From: an uncultured delta proteobacterium
Lineage (GTDB): Bacteria > Myxococcota_A > Polyangia > Fen-1088
DNA length: 64,000 bases
Assembly (NCBI GenBank): GCA_963758155.1
Contig: CAVWUP010000007.1
Span: forward strand, 12,823 to 76,822
Reading direction: 5' to 3'
The notes beneath the pieces are model-generated. The model had not been told where the DNA came from, did no database searches, and saw only the letters and a list, made by a program, of their open reading frames with translations. The stretch's first letter is position 1, and each line of letters starts with the position of its first letter. Shown here piece after piece: positions 9,754 through 18,574 of this stretch. Position numbers and translations under genes: made by a program.

Positions 9754-9975
9754 GTGGGAAGCGCAACAATGGGGAAGGCCGCCACCCTTCACAACATCCG
9801 TCGGAACCTGTTCTTCGCCTTCCTCTACAACAGCATCGGCATACCCATGGCCGCTGGCGTGCTCTACCCAGTGTTCGGCCTGTTGCTTTCACCCATGATC
9901 GCAAGCGCCGCCTTGAGCCTCTCGTCAGTCTCGGTCATCGGCAACGCGCTCCGGTTGCGCAAGCTCGCCTTGTGA
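9754..9975 (+). pseudogene. C-terminal fragment of a P1B-type heavy-metal ATPase
   Basis: [56 protein letters not shown] is the conserved last two TM helices of CopA/ZntA-type pumps. No upstream ATPase body. Confidence 0.6.
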
Positions 9976-10031
9976 AGACATCCGGTTTGCCCGGGAACCC
10001 TTTGGCCGCTCTCCGGCTCTCAGTAATCGAG

Positions 10032-10475
10032 ATGTCAGCGAACACGGAACATGCGGTGGGTAATAGCGAGCACCTCGCCATCCTGGTGGGCGCCCCTGAG
10101 CCACGGTTACGGCAAAGGCTCACGTCGGCATTGCGGCTTCAAGGCCACGAAGTCCTGGAAGCGGCGGATGCGCAGGACATGCGCGACCGGCTGGCGGAAC
10201 ACGCCGATCGAACGGACAAACCGCTCGATCTCATCCTGTGCGGGGGTCTTTTTGCGGAGAAGGACGATCCGGAACTGGCTCAGCGCCTGACCTCCCAGAG
10301 AGTCACGCGTGCCTTGGTCCTAATCCCGGCCGGCGGGTTCCTGTCCACGGCCGCGCGGGCGCAGCGTCTGGGGGCCAACGCTGTCATGGGAGAGCTGCCG
10401 GTCGTCGAGGATCTGTGGGAGATCTTGAAGAAAGCGGCAGGCGGCCCGGAATCTTCGTCTGGAGGCCAGGCTTGA
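10032..10475 (+). CDS. receiver-like domain protein (degenerate response regulator)
   Basis: LAILVGAPE...LDLILC...K receiver-like pattern. The acidic pocket is partly missing. Confidence 0.45.
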   Translation: MSANTEHAVGNSEHLAILVGAPEPRLRQRLTSALRLQGHEVLEAADAQDMRDRLAEHADRTDKPLDLILCGGLFAEKDDPELAQRLTSQRVTRALVLIPAGGFLSTAARAQRLGANAVMGELPVVEDLWEILKKAAGGPESSSGGQA

Positions 10476-10516
10476 GTCCTCAAGCCGCCGTCAGCCAAGT
10501 CAGTGTCGTTCTGCGC

Positions 10517-11506
10517 TCATGACAACCATCCAAGGACGATCGCGGCGAGCGTTGCGCCACCGAGAGCGAACCAAAGCGCGACACCCTGGAAAAGTGGTCT
10601 AACGCCGATGGCTCGCAAAGCCGGGCGCGAGAGGCCGAGCCCAATCAGGAACAGCGTGACCGAAAGCAAGCGATGCGCTGCAACCGAGACGAGATGGCCG
10701 ACGTCATGAACGGCAGGAACGAAGGTCACAATGGCGGCGACCGCCAAGAAACCTGCGATGAACCACGGCCGCTTCGGCTTGTCAGTCGCCTGCGCGTCGG
10801 CAGGGCTCTGGCGGGCACGGTACGTCGCGACCGCGAAGGTGACGGGCACGATCCAGAGCGCCCGGGTGAGCTTGGTGGCGGTCGCAACCTCCAAAGCGCG
10901 TTCCCCGTACTGCGTCGCCGCGCCCACGACCGAGCTGGTGTCGTGAATAGCCAGCGCGCACCACAGCCCAAACGAATCCTGCCCGAGGTGAAGGGCGCGT
11001 CCGATCGGCGGGAAGATGAGAAGAGCGACTGCATTGAGAACGAAGACCGTTGCGAGTGCCATCGAGACGTCGTGGTCCTTGGCTCGAATCGCCGGCGCGA
11101 CCGCTGCGATGGCACTGCCACCACAAATCGCCGTCCCGACGGTCACGAGCAGAGAGACATCCCGAGCGACACCCAGACGGCGGCCAAGGAGGGTTCCGAG
11201 AATCATCGCCGCACCGATTCCGAGAACCGTGTAGCCCAAACCGTGCAACCCCGCCCGCGCAACAACGGCGAGGTTCATCCCAGCCCCCAGCCCAACCACC
11301 GACCAAGTCAGAGTCCGACGAGCGAATACGCGCGCGTGCGCTGGCCACGGATTGCCGACCGTGAGCGACAACGCGACCCCGAGCCCGAGTGCCACTCCTG
11401 GCGAAAACCACGGCAGCAGAGTCGCGATGGCAACCAGGGGAACCAGAACCTTTGCGACATTCGGAATGGATTGCGACGGCGAAGGCGGCGGGGCAGGTCT
11501 GACCAT
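10517..11506 (-). CDS. YeiH/UPF0324 family putative sulfate exporter
   Basis: ICGGSAIAAVAP signature and about 10 TM helices. Start at MVRPA. Confidence 0.8.
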   Translation of the reverse strand: MVRPAPPPSPSQSIPNVAKVLVPLVAIATLLPWFSPGVALGLGVALSLTVGNPWPAHARVFARRTLTWSVVGLGAGMNLAVVARAGLHGLGYTVLGIGAAMILGTLLGRRLGVARDVSLLVTVGTAICGGSAIAAVAPAIRAKDHDVSMALATVFVLNAVALLIFPPIGRALHLGQDSFGLWCALAIHDTSSVVGAATQYGERALEVATATKLTRALWIVPVTFAVATYRARQSPADAQATDKPKRPWFIAGFLAVAAIVTFVPAVHDVGHLVSVAAHRLLSVTLFLIGLGLSRPALRAIGVRPLFQGVALWFALGGATLAAIVLGWLS

Positions 11507-11526
11507 GACCAAGGACTTGGAGGGGG

Positions 11527-11877
11527 TCAGCGGGGCGGCATGTCTTTGAGCGCGCCGCCGTTGGTTACATCGGAGAAGCCGTTCTTCTCCAGAATGGCCT
11601 TGGCCTGTCCGCTGCGATTGCCCGACCGGCAATACACGACGATGGCGCGCTTGTGGTCGCCGAAATCGGCCAACCGCTTCTCAACTTGGTCGAGGGGAAT
11701 GTTGGTCGCGCCCGGGTACGCCCCTGCCGTGAATTCGGCCGGCGTGCGCACGTCGACCACCAGCGCGCCTGCCTTGATCTTCGCCCGCACCGTCGCTGCG
11801 TCGGTGCCGCCAGCGCGGCACGCAGAAACAGCGGCCAGAAGGGCAAAGCCCGCCGCGATTGCCGAGATAGTTCTCAT
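11527..11877 (-). CDS. periplasmic single-domain rhodanese (sulfurtransferase)
   Basis: Signal peptide, then the active-site loop VVYCRSGNRSGQA. Confidence 0.85.
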   Translation of the reverse strand: MRTISAIAAGFALLAAVSACRAGGTDAATVRAKIKAGALVVDVRTPAEFTAGAYPGATNIPLDQVEKRLADFGDHKRAIVVYCRSGNRSGQAKAILEKNGFSDVTNGGALKDMPPR

Positions 11878-11971
11878 GAGGTCATCTCCCCTTTTCGACG
11901 AAGATGGTGGCATGCACGCGGGAGCATTGCCAGGACCCGCATGACTTGAAGGAGGCTATCGATCAATATGT

Positions 11972-12460
11972 GTGCCCCAAAGGAATCCCATGTCCAATAA
12001 GGCCTTTCAGGACCACTACCTCGACAATGTTGCCCAGTGCTACGGCTGCGGACGGCTGAACGCCGATGGTTTGCAGATCAAGACCTTCTGGGAAGGCGAT
12101 GAGAGCGTCACCCATTTTCGTCCGCGCCCCTACCACACCGCCATTCCCGGATTCGTCTACGGAGGGCTCATCGCATCGCTGGTCGATTGCCACGGAACCG
12201 GCACCGCTGCTGCGGCCGCCTACCGCGCAGAAGGCCGCCCCATGGACTCGGATCCCCCGCTCCGCTACGTAACCGCCTCGCTGCATGTGGACTACCTCAA
12301 GCCAACGCCGATCGATGGCGAACTGGAATTGCGCGGGCGTGTGAAGGAGATCAAGGGCCGCAAGGTCATCGTCGAGACGACCGTGTATGCCGCCGGGGTA
12401 GCTACCGCACGAGGTGAAGTCGTCGCGGTGCAGATGCCCAAGACCTTCGTCGGCGGCTGA
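11972..12460 (+). CDS. hotdog-fold thioesterase (PaaI-like)
   Basis: GFVYGGLIASLVD hotdog core. Alternative start at 11990. Confidence 0.7.
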   Translation: MPQRNPMSNKAFQDHYLDNVAQCYGCGRLNADGLQIKTFWEGDESVTHFRPRPYHTAIPGFVYGGLIASLVDCHGTGTAAAAAYRAEGRPMDSDPPLRYVTASLHVDYLKPTPIDGELELRGRVKEIKGRKVIVETTVYAAGVATARGEVVAVQMPKTFVGG

Positions 12461-12465
12461 GCCGA

Positions 12466-12681
12466 TCAGGCGCCCTTGTGGGGCGACACGCGACAAGTGG
12501 AGAAGCCGAAGATCGAGTAGAGCGGGCAACTACCCAGCAAGCCCGTTGCCAGCGGCACCAGCCCGATGTAGCCGAGCGCTGTGTGCGGCCCGAGGAACGT
12601 CAGGCTGAGCAAGCCCAGCCCAAGTAGCACGCGCAGCGCGCGGTCGACCAGATGTTCATTCTTCGCAAGCAAACGTGACAT
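12466..12681 (-). CDS. DUF2892 (YgaP-like) small membrane protein
   Basis: GYIGLVPLATGLLGSCPLYSIFG signature of the rhodanese-associated YgaP membrane domain. Confidence 0.7.
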   Translation of the reverse strand: MSRLLAKNEHLVDRALRVLLGLGLLSLTFLGPHTALGYIGLVPLATGLLGSCPLYSIFGFSTCRVSPHKGA

Positions 12682-12805
12682 GGCACCCTCCTTGGTCAGG
12701 GCCAGCGGCTTCTTGCCATGACCCTTCGGCATGTATGAGCCACGCCGCAACCAAAAGGATTCACGCGAACCCAAATCAACGAAGCTGGCTCTCACAAGGC
12801 AAGTC

Positions 12806-13954
12806 ATGAACTTCACGTTTCCTGCCTTGTTTTTCGCTGGTGCGCTGACATTCCTCTCGCCCTGCGTGCTTCCACTGGTGCCGATCTACCTGGCTATGCT
12901 CGCGGGCACCTCTGCGGTCGCCCTGCGTGAGGGCTCGCGCGGTAAGGGACTGGTTGCGTCCACAATTGCGTTTGCACTTGGGCTTTCCTCGGTATTCGTG
13001 ATGCTGGGTCTTGCCGCATCGGTGGTGGGCCGGACGCTTTCGGGGCATCGCGCCCTCGTGTTCCAACTGGCGGGGCTGGCCATCTTCCTGGCGGGTCTGA
13101 AACTGCTGGGCTTCCTGCGCGTTTCTTTCCTCGATCGTGAAGCGCGTCCCTGGCTGGCCTCGGTTCGTCGGGGCGGCGGCCTTGCGTGGCCCTTCCTGTT
13201 CGGGGCAGCCTTCGCACTCGGCTGGAGTCCCTGCGTTGGTCCGGTGCTCGGCTCGGTGCTCGCGTTTGCCGGCACGGCAGGAAGCCCGACCAAGGCTGCG
13301 CTGTATCTTGGAACCTATGCGCTCGGCCTGACGCTGCCACTGGTTGCCGTGTCTCTGGTGGCACCAATAGCGTTGCGGCTGCTGGACAGGGCCAAACGAC
13401 ATCTGCGCGTGTTCGAACTGGCCAGCGGAACCCTGCTCGCGGCAATGGGCCTGTTGCTGATCACCGGGCACGAATCGCTGGTCATGAGTCCACGAGCAGC
13501 ATTGGCGGCACCGGGGGCCGTCGCCTCGTCCATCACGCCAGCGCCCGTCCCGGCCACGTGCAACGCAGGAGTCTCGCCTGCACCGCAGGCACTCGAAGCT
13601 TCCTCCGCCGTTGCAGCGGAGGGCATGCCCACCATGCTGGAATTCGTGGCTGCGGGCTGCCCGATCTGTCAGCGCATGCACTCGGTGGTGGCAGCGGCCG
13701 AGCGCGACTGCTCCCAGCACGGCATCCGTGTCCGGCAAGTGGATGTTTCCACGACGGCCGGCCGCGAAGCCGCCGCCAAGAACGGCGTTCTCGGAGTGCC
13801 CACGTTCCTGTTTCTGGACGGCGCTGGCAAAGAAGTGGCGCGCCTGGTTGGCGAGCAGCCACTGCCGGTGCTCATCCAGTCTCTGGAAGTCCTTGCGGGC
13901 GAGAAATGCGACGGATTCAGCCCTATGACAGTTCCACCTGCCCCAGGGTCCTGA
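12806..13954 (+). CDS. CcdA/DsbD-type thiol-disulfide transporter fused to a C-terminal thioredoxin-like domain
   Basis: LSPCVLPLVP and GWSPCVGP CcdA motifs. C-terminal FVAAGCPICQ CxxC, then a Trx fold. Confidence 0.8.
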   Translation: MNFTFPALFFAGALTFLSPCVLPLVPIYLAMLAGTSAVALREGSRGKGLVASTIAFALGLSSVFVMLGLAASVVGRTLSGHRALVFQLAGLAIFLAGLKLLGFLRVSFLDREARPWLASVRRGGGLAWPFLFGAAFALGWSPCVGPVLGSVLAFAGTAGSPTKAALYLGTYALGLTLPLVAVSLVAPIALRLLDRAKRHLRVFELASGTLLAAMGLLLITGHESLVMSPRAALAAPGAVASSITPAPVPATCNAGVSPAPQALEASSAVAAEGMPTMLEFVAAGCPICQRMHSVVAAAERDCSQHGIRVRQVDVSTTAGREAAAKNGVLGVPTFLFLDGAGKEVARLVGEQPLPVLIQSLEVLAGEKCDGFSPMTVPPAPGS

Positions 13955-13972
13955 TTGGCCTAGGATACGCGC

Positions 13973-14173
13973 ATGACAAACCCCTCTGCTTCTGGGAGCG
14001 ACAACATCCAGCTTTCCCTGAAGAGCGACGACATCCGGCTGCTGCTGCAATCTCTCGACCACTGCCTCGCCACCTGTACCAAGAGGGCGGCGGGCGCGAA
14101 GGATGCCCCCTGTGAGGATTGCGATCGCGCCAGGAATCTCCGCCAGCGCCTGTCAAAACTCGTTTCACCATAA
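13973..14173 (+). CDS. small 4-Cys protein (hypothetical)
   Basis: 66 aa, tightly packed between ccdA-trx and the next ORF. Motifs HCLATC...PCEDC. Confidence 0.35.
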   Translation: MTNPSASGSDNIQLSLKSDDIRLLLQSLDHCLATCTKRAAGAKDAPCEDCDRARNLRQRLSKLVSP

Positions 14174-14181
14174 GGAGCACC

Positions 14182-14313
14182 ATGAAGAAGCTGACTAAAC
14201 CCAAGCCCGCGAAGAACTGCTGCCAGGCCGCCAAGGTTTCCAAGCCCACGCCCGAAAAGGCCGCCCAGTGTTGCGCCAAGTCCTCGCGCTTGGTGGCGGG
14301 CTGCCACGACTAA
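14182..14313 (+). CDS. 43-aa peptide with two vicinal Cys pairs (NCCQ...QCCAK...GCHD)
   Basis: AAGGAG ribosome-binding site 6 nt upstream. Lys-rich. Sits directly upstream of trx. Confidence 0.45.
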   Translation: MKKLTKPKPAKNCCQAAKVSKPTPEKAAQCCAKSSRLVAGCHD

Positions 14314-14337
14314 CGGAACAGCAAGGAATCCAGCGCC

Positions 14338-14670
14338 ATGAGTGAAAACGTTCGCGAGATCCAGGCAGCCCAGTACGAAGCTGAGGTACTCGGCGCACCC
14401 CAGCCTGTGGTGCTGGACTTCTTTTCCACCGAATGCCCACCCTGCGAGGCCCTGGCGCCCAAGTTCGAGGCTGTGGCTGACCAGTTCAAGGGCCGCGTGC
14501 GTTTCCTCAAGATCTTCCGCCAGGGCAACCGCGACCTGGCGGCCAAGCTGGCAGTGACCAGCAGCCCCACGCTGCTGTTCTACAACGGCGGCAAGGAAGT
14601 GGGCAGCCGCCTGACCGGCGACATCAAGCGCAGCGAAATCAAGCAAACCGTCGAGGCCATGCTGGCCTGA
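14338..14670 (+). CDS. trxA: thioredoxin (atypical CPPC active site)
   Basis: VLDFFSTECPPCEALAP thioredoxin fold. Confidence 0.9.
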   Translation: MSENVREIQAAQYEAEVLGAPQPVVLDFFSTECPPCEALAPKFEAVADQFKGRVRFLKIFRQGNRDLAAKLAVTSSPTLLFYNGGKEVGSRLTGDIKRSEIKQTVEAMLA

Positions 14671-14685
14671 CTTGGAGGGTGCTGC

Positions 14686-15615
14686 ATGGCTGGACAATTC
14701 GATCTGGTGATTGTGGGTGCCGGCCCTGCGGGTCTGACTGCCGCTATCTACGGCGCCCGGGCTCGGTTGCGTACTATAGTTCTCGACGAGGGCATGCCGG
14801 GGGGACAGGTCAAGACCACGCACAAGGTGTCCAACTACCCCGGTTTCCCCGAGGACGTGAAGGGTGCGGAGCTGGCCGGCCTGTTCGCCAAGCAGGCCGA
14901 GCGTTTCGGCGCCCGCATTGCACGCGCGGTGGAGATCACCAAGATGGATCTGGCCAGCCGGGAGAAGCGTTTCGTCCTCGACGAAGACGAAGAGATCACT
15001 GGCCGAGCCGTGATCGTGGCCACGGGTGCCAAGCCGCGCGCCCTTGGCATTCCGGGTGAGGACACCTTCCGTGGCCGTGGCATCTCGTACTGTGCCACCT
15101 GCGACGGCGCCTACTTCGAGGGCAAGGACATCCACGTCATCGGTGGCGGCAATTCCGCCGTCGAGGAATCGCTGTTTCTCACCCAGTTCGCCCGCAGCGT
15201 GACCATCATCCACCAGTTCGACGAATTTCAGGCCGAGCCCGCCACCGCCAAAGAGGCGCTGGAGAACCCCAAGATCAAGGTGATGTGGAGCCACGAGCCA
15301 CGCGCCTTTCTGGGCGAAACCACATTGCAGAAGTTGCGCGTGGAGAATCTCAAGACCAAGCAGACAAGCGAGCTTCCCACCGACGGTGTCTTCGTATTCG
15401 TCGGCATGGTGCCGCGAACCGAGTTGCTCAAGGGTTTGGTACCCCTCGATCGCTGGGGTTGCGTCGAGACTGATGATTCCATGCAGACCTCCGTGCCGGG
15501 CCTGTTCGTGGCGGGCGACATCCGCGCCAAGATGTTCCGCCAGATCACCACCGCAGTCGCGGACGGCACCATCGCCGCCCTGGCTGCGCAGAAGTACCTG
15601 CGCGAAACGCGATGA
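14686..15615 (+). CDS. trxB: thioredoxin-disulfide reductase
   Basis: GAGPAGLTAAIY FAD motif, CATCDG redox centre, GGGNSAVEE NADPH motif. Confidence 0.95.
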   Translation: MAGQFDLVIVGAGPAGLTAAIYGARARLRTIVLDEGMPGGQVKTTHKVSNYPGFPEDVKGAELAGLFAKQAERFGARIARAVEITKMDLASREKRFVLDEDEEITGRAVIVATGAKPRALGIPGEDTFRGRGISYCATCDGAYFEGKDIHVIGGGNSAVEESLFLTQFARSVTIIHQFDEFQAEPATAKEALENPKIKVMWSHEPRAFLGETTLQKLRVENLKTKQTSELPTDGVFVFVGMVPRTELLKGLVPLDRWGCVETDDSMQTSVPGLFVAGDIRAKMFRQITTAVADGTIAALAAQKYLRETR

Positions 15616-15631
15616 AAACGGAACTACGCCC

Positions 15632-16273
15632 ATGACATCTCCGCCTCTTTCCATCATCGGTCGCGCCATTGAAGTGCGCTATGCAGGGCTCGCGGAGTCC
15701 TGCTGCTCGCTTTCCTGCGGTGAAGCCTTGGACCTGGCCGCCCCCACCACGGGCGAAACCCTGGTGGACCTCGGCTGCGGGCGGGGCCAGGACGTGATCC
15801 GCGCTGCCGGTCGGGTCGGTGCGAAAGGTGCAGCCATCGGCGTCGATCGGACGCAAGCCATGATCGACAAGGCACGGGCTGCCGTCCCGCCCTTCCTTAC
15901 CAACGTACGCTTCGTTTCCTGCGATTTGGCGGCGTTGGACCTGCAGGACGCTTCAGCCGACGTGGTCATTTCCAACTGCACCATCAACCACGCCGCAGAC
16001 AAGCCGGCGGTCTACCGAGAGATCCATCGCATCCTTCGGCCCGGAGGGCGTTTTGTGGTCTCGGACGTGATTGCGGAGTCAGAGTTGCCCGAGTCGGTGC
16101 GCAACGATCCCGCTGCTTGGGCCGCGTGCTATGGCGGTGCCATTCCTGAACCTCAATACCTTGGTGCCATTTCCGGGGCGGGCTTCGCCAGCGTCGCCGT
16201 TCTTTCACGCAGCGAACCCTACGAAAAGGGCGGCGTACTCGTGCGCAGCCTGACCATTCGCGGAAGTCGCTAG
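15632..16273 (+). CDS. arsM: arsenite S-adenosylmethionine methyltransferase-like (ArsM family)
   Basis: N-terminal SCCSLSCGE, LGCGRGQD SAM motif, VISNCTINHAADK and AACYGG. All four ArsM-type conserved cysteines appear present. Confidence 0.75.
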   Translation: MTSPPLSIIGRAIEVRYAGLAESCCSLSCGEALDLAAPTTGETLVDLGCGRGQDVIRAAGRVGAKGAAIGVDRTQAMIDKARAAVPPFLTNVRFVSCDLAALDLQDASADVVISNCTINHAADKPAVYREIHRILRPGGRFVVSDVIAESELPESVRNDPAAWAACYGGAIPEPQYLGAISGAGFASVAVLSRSEPYEKGGVLVRSLTIRGSR

Positions 16274-17427
16274 TTGCGTGTCGAGCTCGACGATGCCGGC
16301 GGCTCGTCCAGCGGATCGACCACCGCCACTGAGACCTTGCGAGCGAAGATAAGCCGCTCGGCGTTGGCGTAGTAGAGCTTGTGCAGCACATCGATGGGAA
16401 GGTGGATGGCGTTCACCTTCCAGCGACCCTGGATGGGCGTGGGGTGGTCGATGTTCTGCAAATCGGTTTCGAAGAAGCGAAAATGCGCCTGGTAGAATTT
16501 GACTGCGTCCTCGAATCCGACGGGCGTCTCGGAAACCGAGCCAAGCTGCCAGCTGTCCGGCCCGATGGACAGGTCAGTGCCAAACAGGATCCGATCTTGG
16601 AATTTCAGAAAGAAGCGTCTCACCCTGTCGACGGGATGACGGCCGAACTCGGGAATTCGCGCCGAGGTGTCCACATAGACGTTGCGGTGGGAATCGAGCA
16701 GCCTCTCCATGTAGTCGAGGTCTTCGGACAGGCCGAGATGAATGAAAAGGAAGGTCGTCGTGGGATGGCGGCTCAGCAGGCGCTCGGTCTGGTTCCACAG
16801 CTCCATCAGCGGTGGGTAGTCCTCGCCATAGAAGCTCCAGTCGGGCGCCAATTTCAGCTCGTCGTAGCGTTCGTTCTGGGGCGTGGGTGGCTCGAAGAAA
16901 GCCTTGGGATCGCCAACGTGAATGGCCACCACCACGTTGAGACTGGCCGCCCGTTCAATGATGGGATCGAAACGCGTGTCATCGATGTGGATGAGCTGCC
17001 CCTTGGCATCGCGCGCACCCAGACCCATGGCCTTGAAGAACTTGATGCCCTTGGCGCCGTAGCCGACCTCCCGCTGAAGTCGCTCGGCCTCGCGGGCGCC
17101 CCAGCCTGGCTCGGTCACGCCATTCCACGAGACGTTGACGAAGAACTCGAATTGATCCTTGAGGCGGTGCTTCACCTGTAGCGTGGCCGCAAAGGCGCGC
17201 GAGCCCATGTACCCGCCGTTCTTGTTGCAAAACTTCACCACGCCCACGCGCTTGAATAGCTTGAGTGCCGTGTCGATCGGCCCGTCGAGGGGAGCGATGA
17301 GGGTGTGCGAGTCGATGACCGGGCCGCGATCCACGGTGGCGCCGGTCTTGTGTGCCATGTTCTTGCGACACGCGCCGACAGCAAGAAAGCAAAGGACAAT
17401 GGCCGTAGCGCGAGCGGTGGCGAACAT
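16270..17427 (-). CDS. amidohydrolase-family lipoprotein (TIM-barrel metal hydrolase)
   Basis: Lipobox VGAC. VIDSHTLIAP...HVGDP...HLG...D metal-ligand pattern. Confidence 0.75.
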   Translation of the reverse strand: MFATARATAIVLCFLAVGACRKNMAHKTGATVDRGPVIDSHTLIAPLDGPIDTALKLFKRVGVVKFCNKNGGYMGSRAFAATLQVKHRLKDQFEFFVNVSWNGVTEPGWGAREAERLQREVGYGAKGIKFFKAMGLGARDAKGQLIHIDDTRFDPIIERAASLNVVVAIHVGDPKAFFEPPTPQNERYDELKLAPDWSFYGEDYPPLMELWNQTERLLSRHPTTTFLFIHLGLSEDLDYMERLLDSHRNVYVDTSARIPEFGRHPVDRVRRFFLKFQDRILFGTDLSIGPDSWQLGSVSETPVGFEDAVKFYQAHFRFFETDLQNIDHPTPIQGRWKVNAIHLPIDVLHKLYYANAERLIFARKVSVAVVDPLDEPPASSSSTRN

Positions 17428-17506
17428 GGCGCAGACTACCTTACCCGAACAGCTCGGGTACGCACACCGATCATCTCTTGGCGCGAAGCTGGGCTAGACT
17501 GGTGAC

Positions 17507-18340
17507 ATGGCAAACGAAGGCGACGGCGCCCCAACCGAAGACGCGCTTCTCTTGGCCGCGCGCAAAGGGGATCGCGCCGCGCTCGGCGATCTGCTCGAAC
17601 GCCATCAGCGGCAGGTGTTCGCGTTCGGCATGAAGATGTGCGGCGATCCAGATGACGCCCAGGAAGTGGCGCAGGACACCCTGCTGTCCATGGTGCGATC
17701 CGTGCGCGATTTCCGGGGCGAGGCTTCGCTTTCGACGTGGCTCTACACCGTCGCGCGCAGCTTTTGCATCAAGAAGCGCCGGCGCACCAAGGGAGCGCCC
17801 GCGCACTACGAACCGCTCGATGCGGCCGCGCACGAGCAGGCCGCTGCGTCGGCACCCAGCCCGGAACAGACGCTGCTCGGCCGCGAGACGCGCGACGCTG
17901 TGGCCGCCGCCCTGGACCAGTTGGAGCCCGAGGCGCGCGAGGTTGTGATCCTGCGCGATCTCGAAGGGCTGAGCGCCCCGGAGGTGGCGCAGGTCACCGG
18001 GCTCAGCGTGGCGGCGGTGAAGAGCCGGCTGCATCGCGCCCGGCAGTCGCTGCGCACGCAGTTGTTGGCCCTGGTTGGAGGCGACGGCGGCGCGCCGGCC
18101 CAGCCGAACTGTCCCGATGTGCTCACGATGCTGTCCAAGAAACTGGAAGATGAGATCGGCCCTGATCTGTGCGCCGAGATGGAGCGGCACGTGGACGGCT
18201 GTCCGCACTGCAAGGGATTGTGCGACTCGCTCAAGCGTACGCTGGCCTTGTGCAAGTCTGCGCCCAGCCCACTGGTTCCCCGGCAGGTGCAAGAGTCGCT
18301 GCGCAAAGCCGTCCAGGCGGCGCTGGACGAGCAACGCTAG
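17507..18340 (+). CDS. ECF sigma factor fused to a C-terminal zinc-binding anti-sigma (ZAS-like) domain
   Basis: Sigma region 2 (FAFGMKMCGDPDDAQEVAQDT) and region 4 (VILRDLEGLSAPEVAQVTGLS), then HVDGCPHCKGLC. Confidence 0.8.
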   Translation: MANEGDGAPTEDALLLAARKGDRAALGDLLERHQRQVFAFGMKMCGDPDDAQEVAQDTLLSMVRSVRDFRGEASLSTWLYTVARSFCIKKRRRTKGAPAHYEPLDAAAHEQAAASAPSPEQTLLGRETRDAVAAALDQLEPEAREVVILRDLEGLSAPEVAQVTGLSVAAVKSRLHRARQSLRTQLLALVGGDGGAPAQPNCPDVLTMLSKKLEDEIGPDLCAEMERHVDGCPHCKGLCDSLKRTLALCKSAPSPLVPRQVQESLRKAVQAALDEQR

Positions 18341-18574
18341 TCGAAATCCCTCGGTGCGCCGGTCGTTCTATCCCGTGGGCTCGGGCGGTACAGCACGCGG
18401 TTCGGGGAGATAGGCCCGGGCCGATTCTGCGGCAGCGGCCACGTCGCGCCATGTGGTCCACCCGCCGCTCAAGTTGCGGGCGTCGAAGCCGCACTGGCGC
18501 AAGATGCGCACGGCAATGCACGCTGAATCCTTTTCACCAAGAGTGGCTCTCACCGGGCAAGAGGGAGACAAAAC

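Noticed and set aside
10673-11944. 423-aa plus-strand ORF
   Set aside because: It is antisense to the YeiH and rhodanese genes, which have clear family signatures. It is Arg/Asp-rich with no domain.
12776-14062. 428-aa minus-strand ORF
   Set aside because: It is antisense to the CcdA-Trx fusion gene, and it is Arg-rich and low-complexity.
13960-15669. 569-aa ORF on the minus strand
   Set aside because: It lies entirely antisense to well-supported trxA, trxB and arsM genes. Its composition is typical of a high-GC mirror frame, and it has no motifs.
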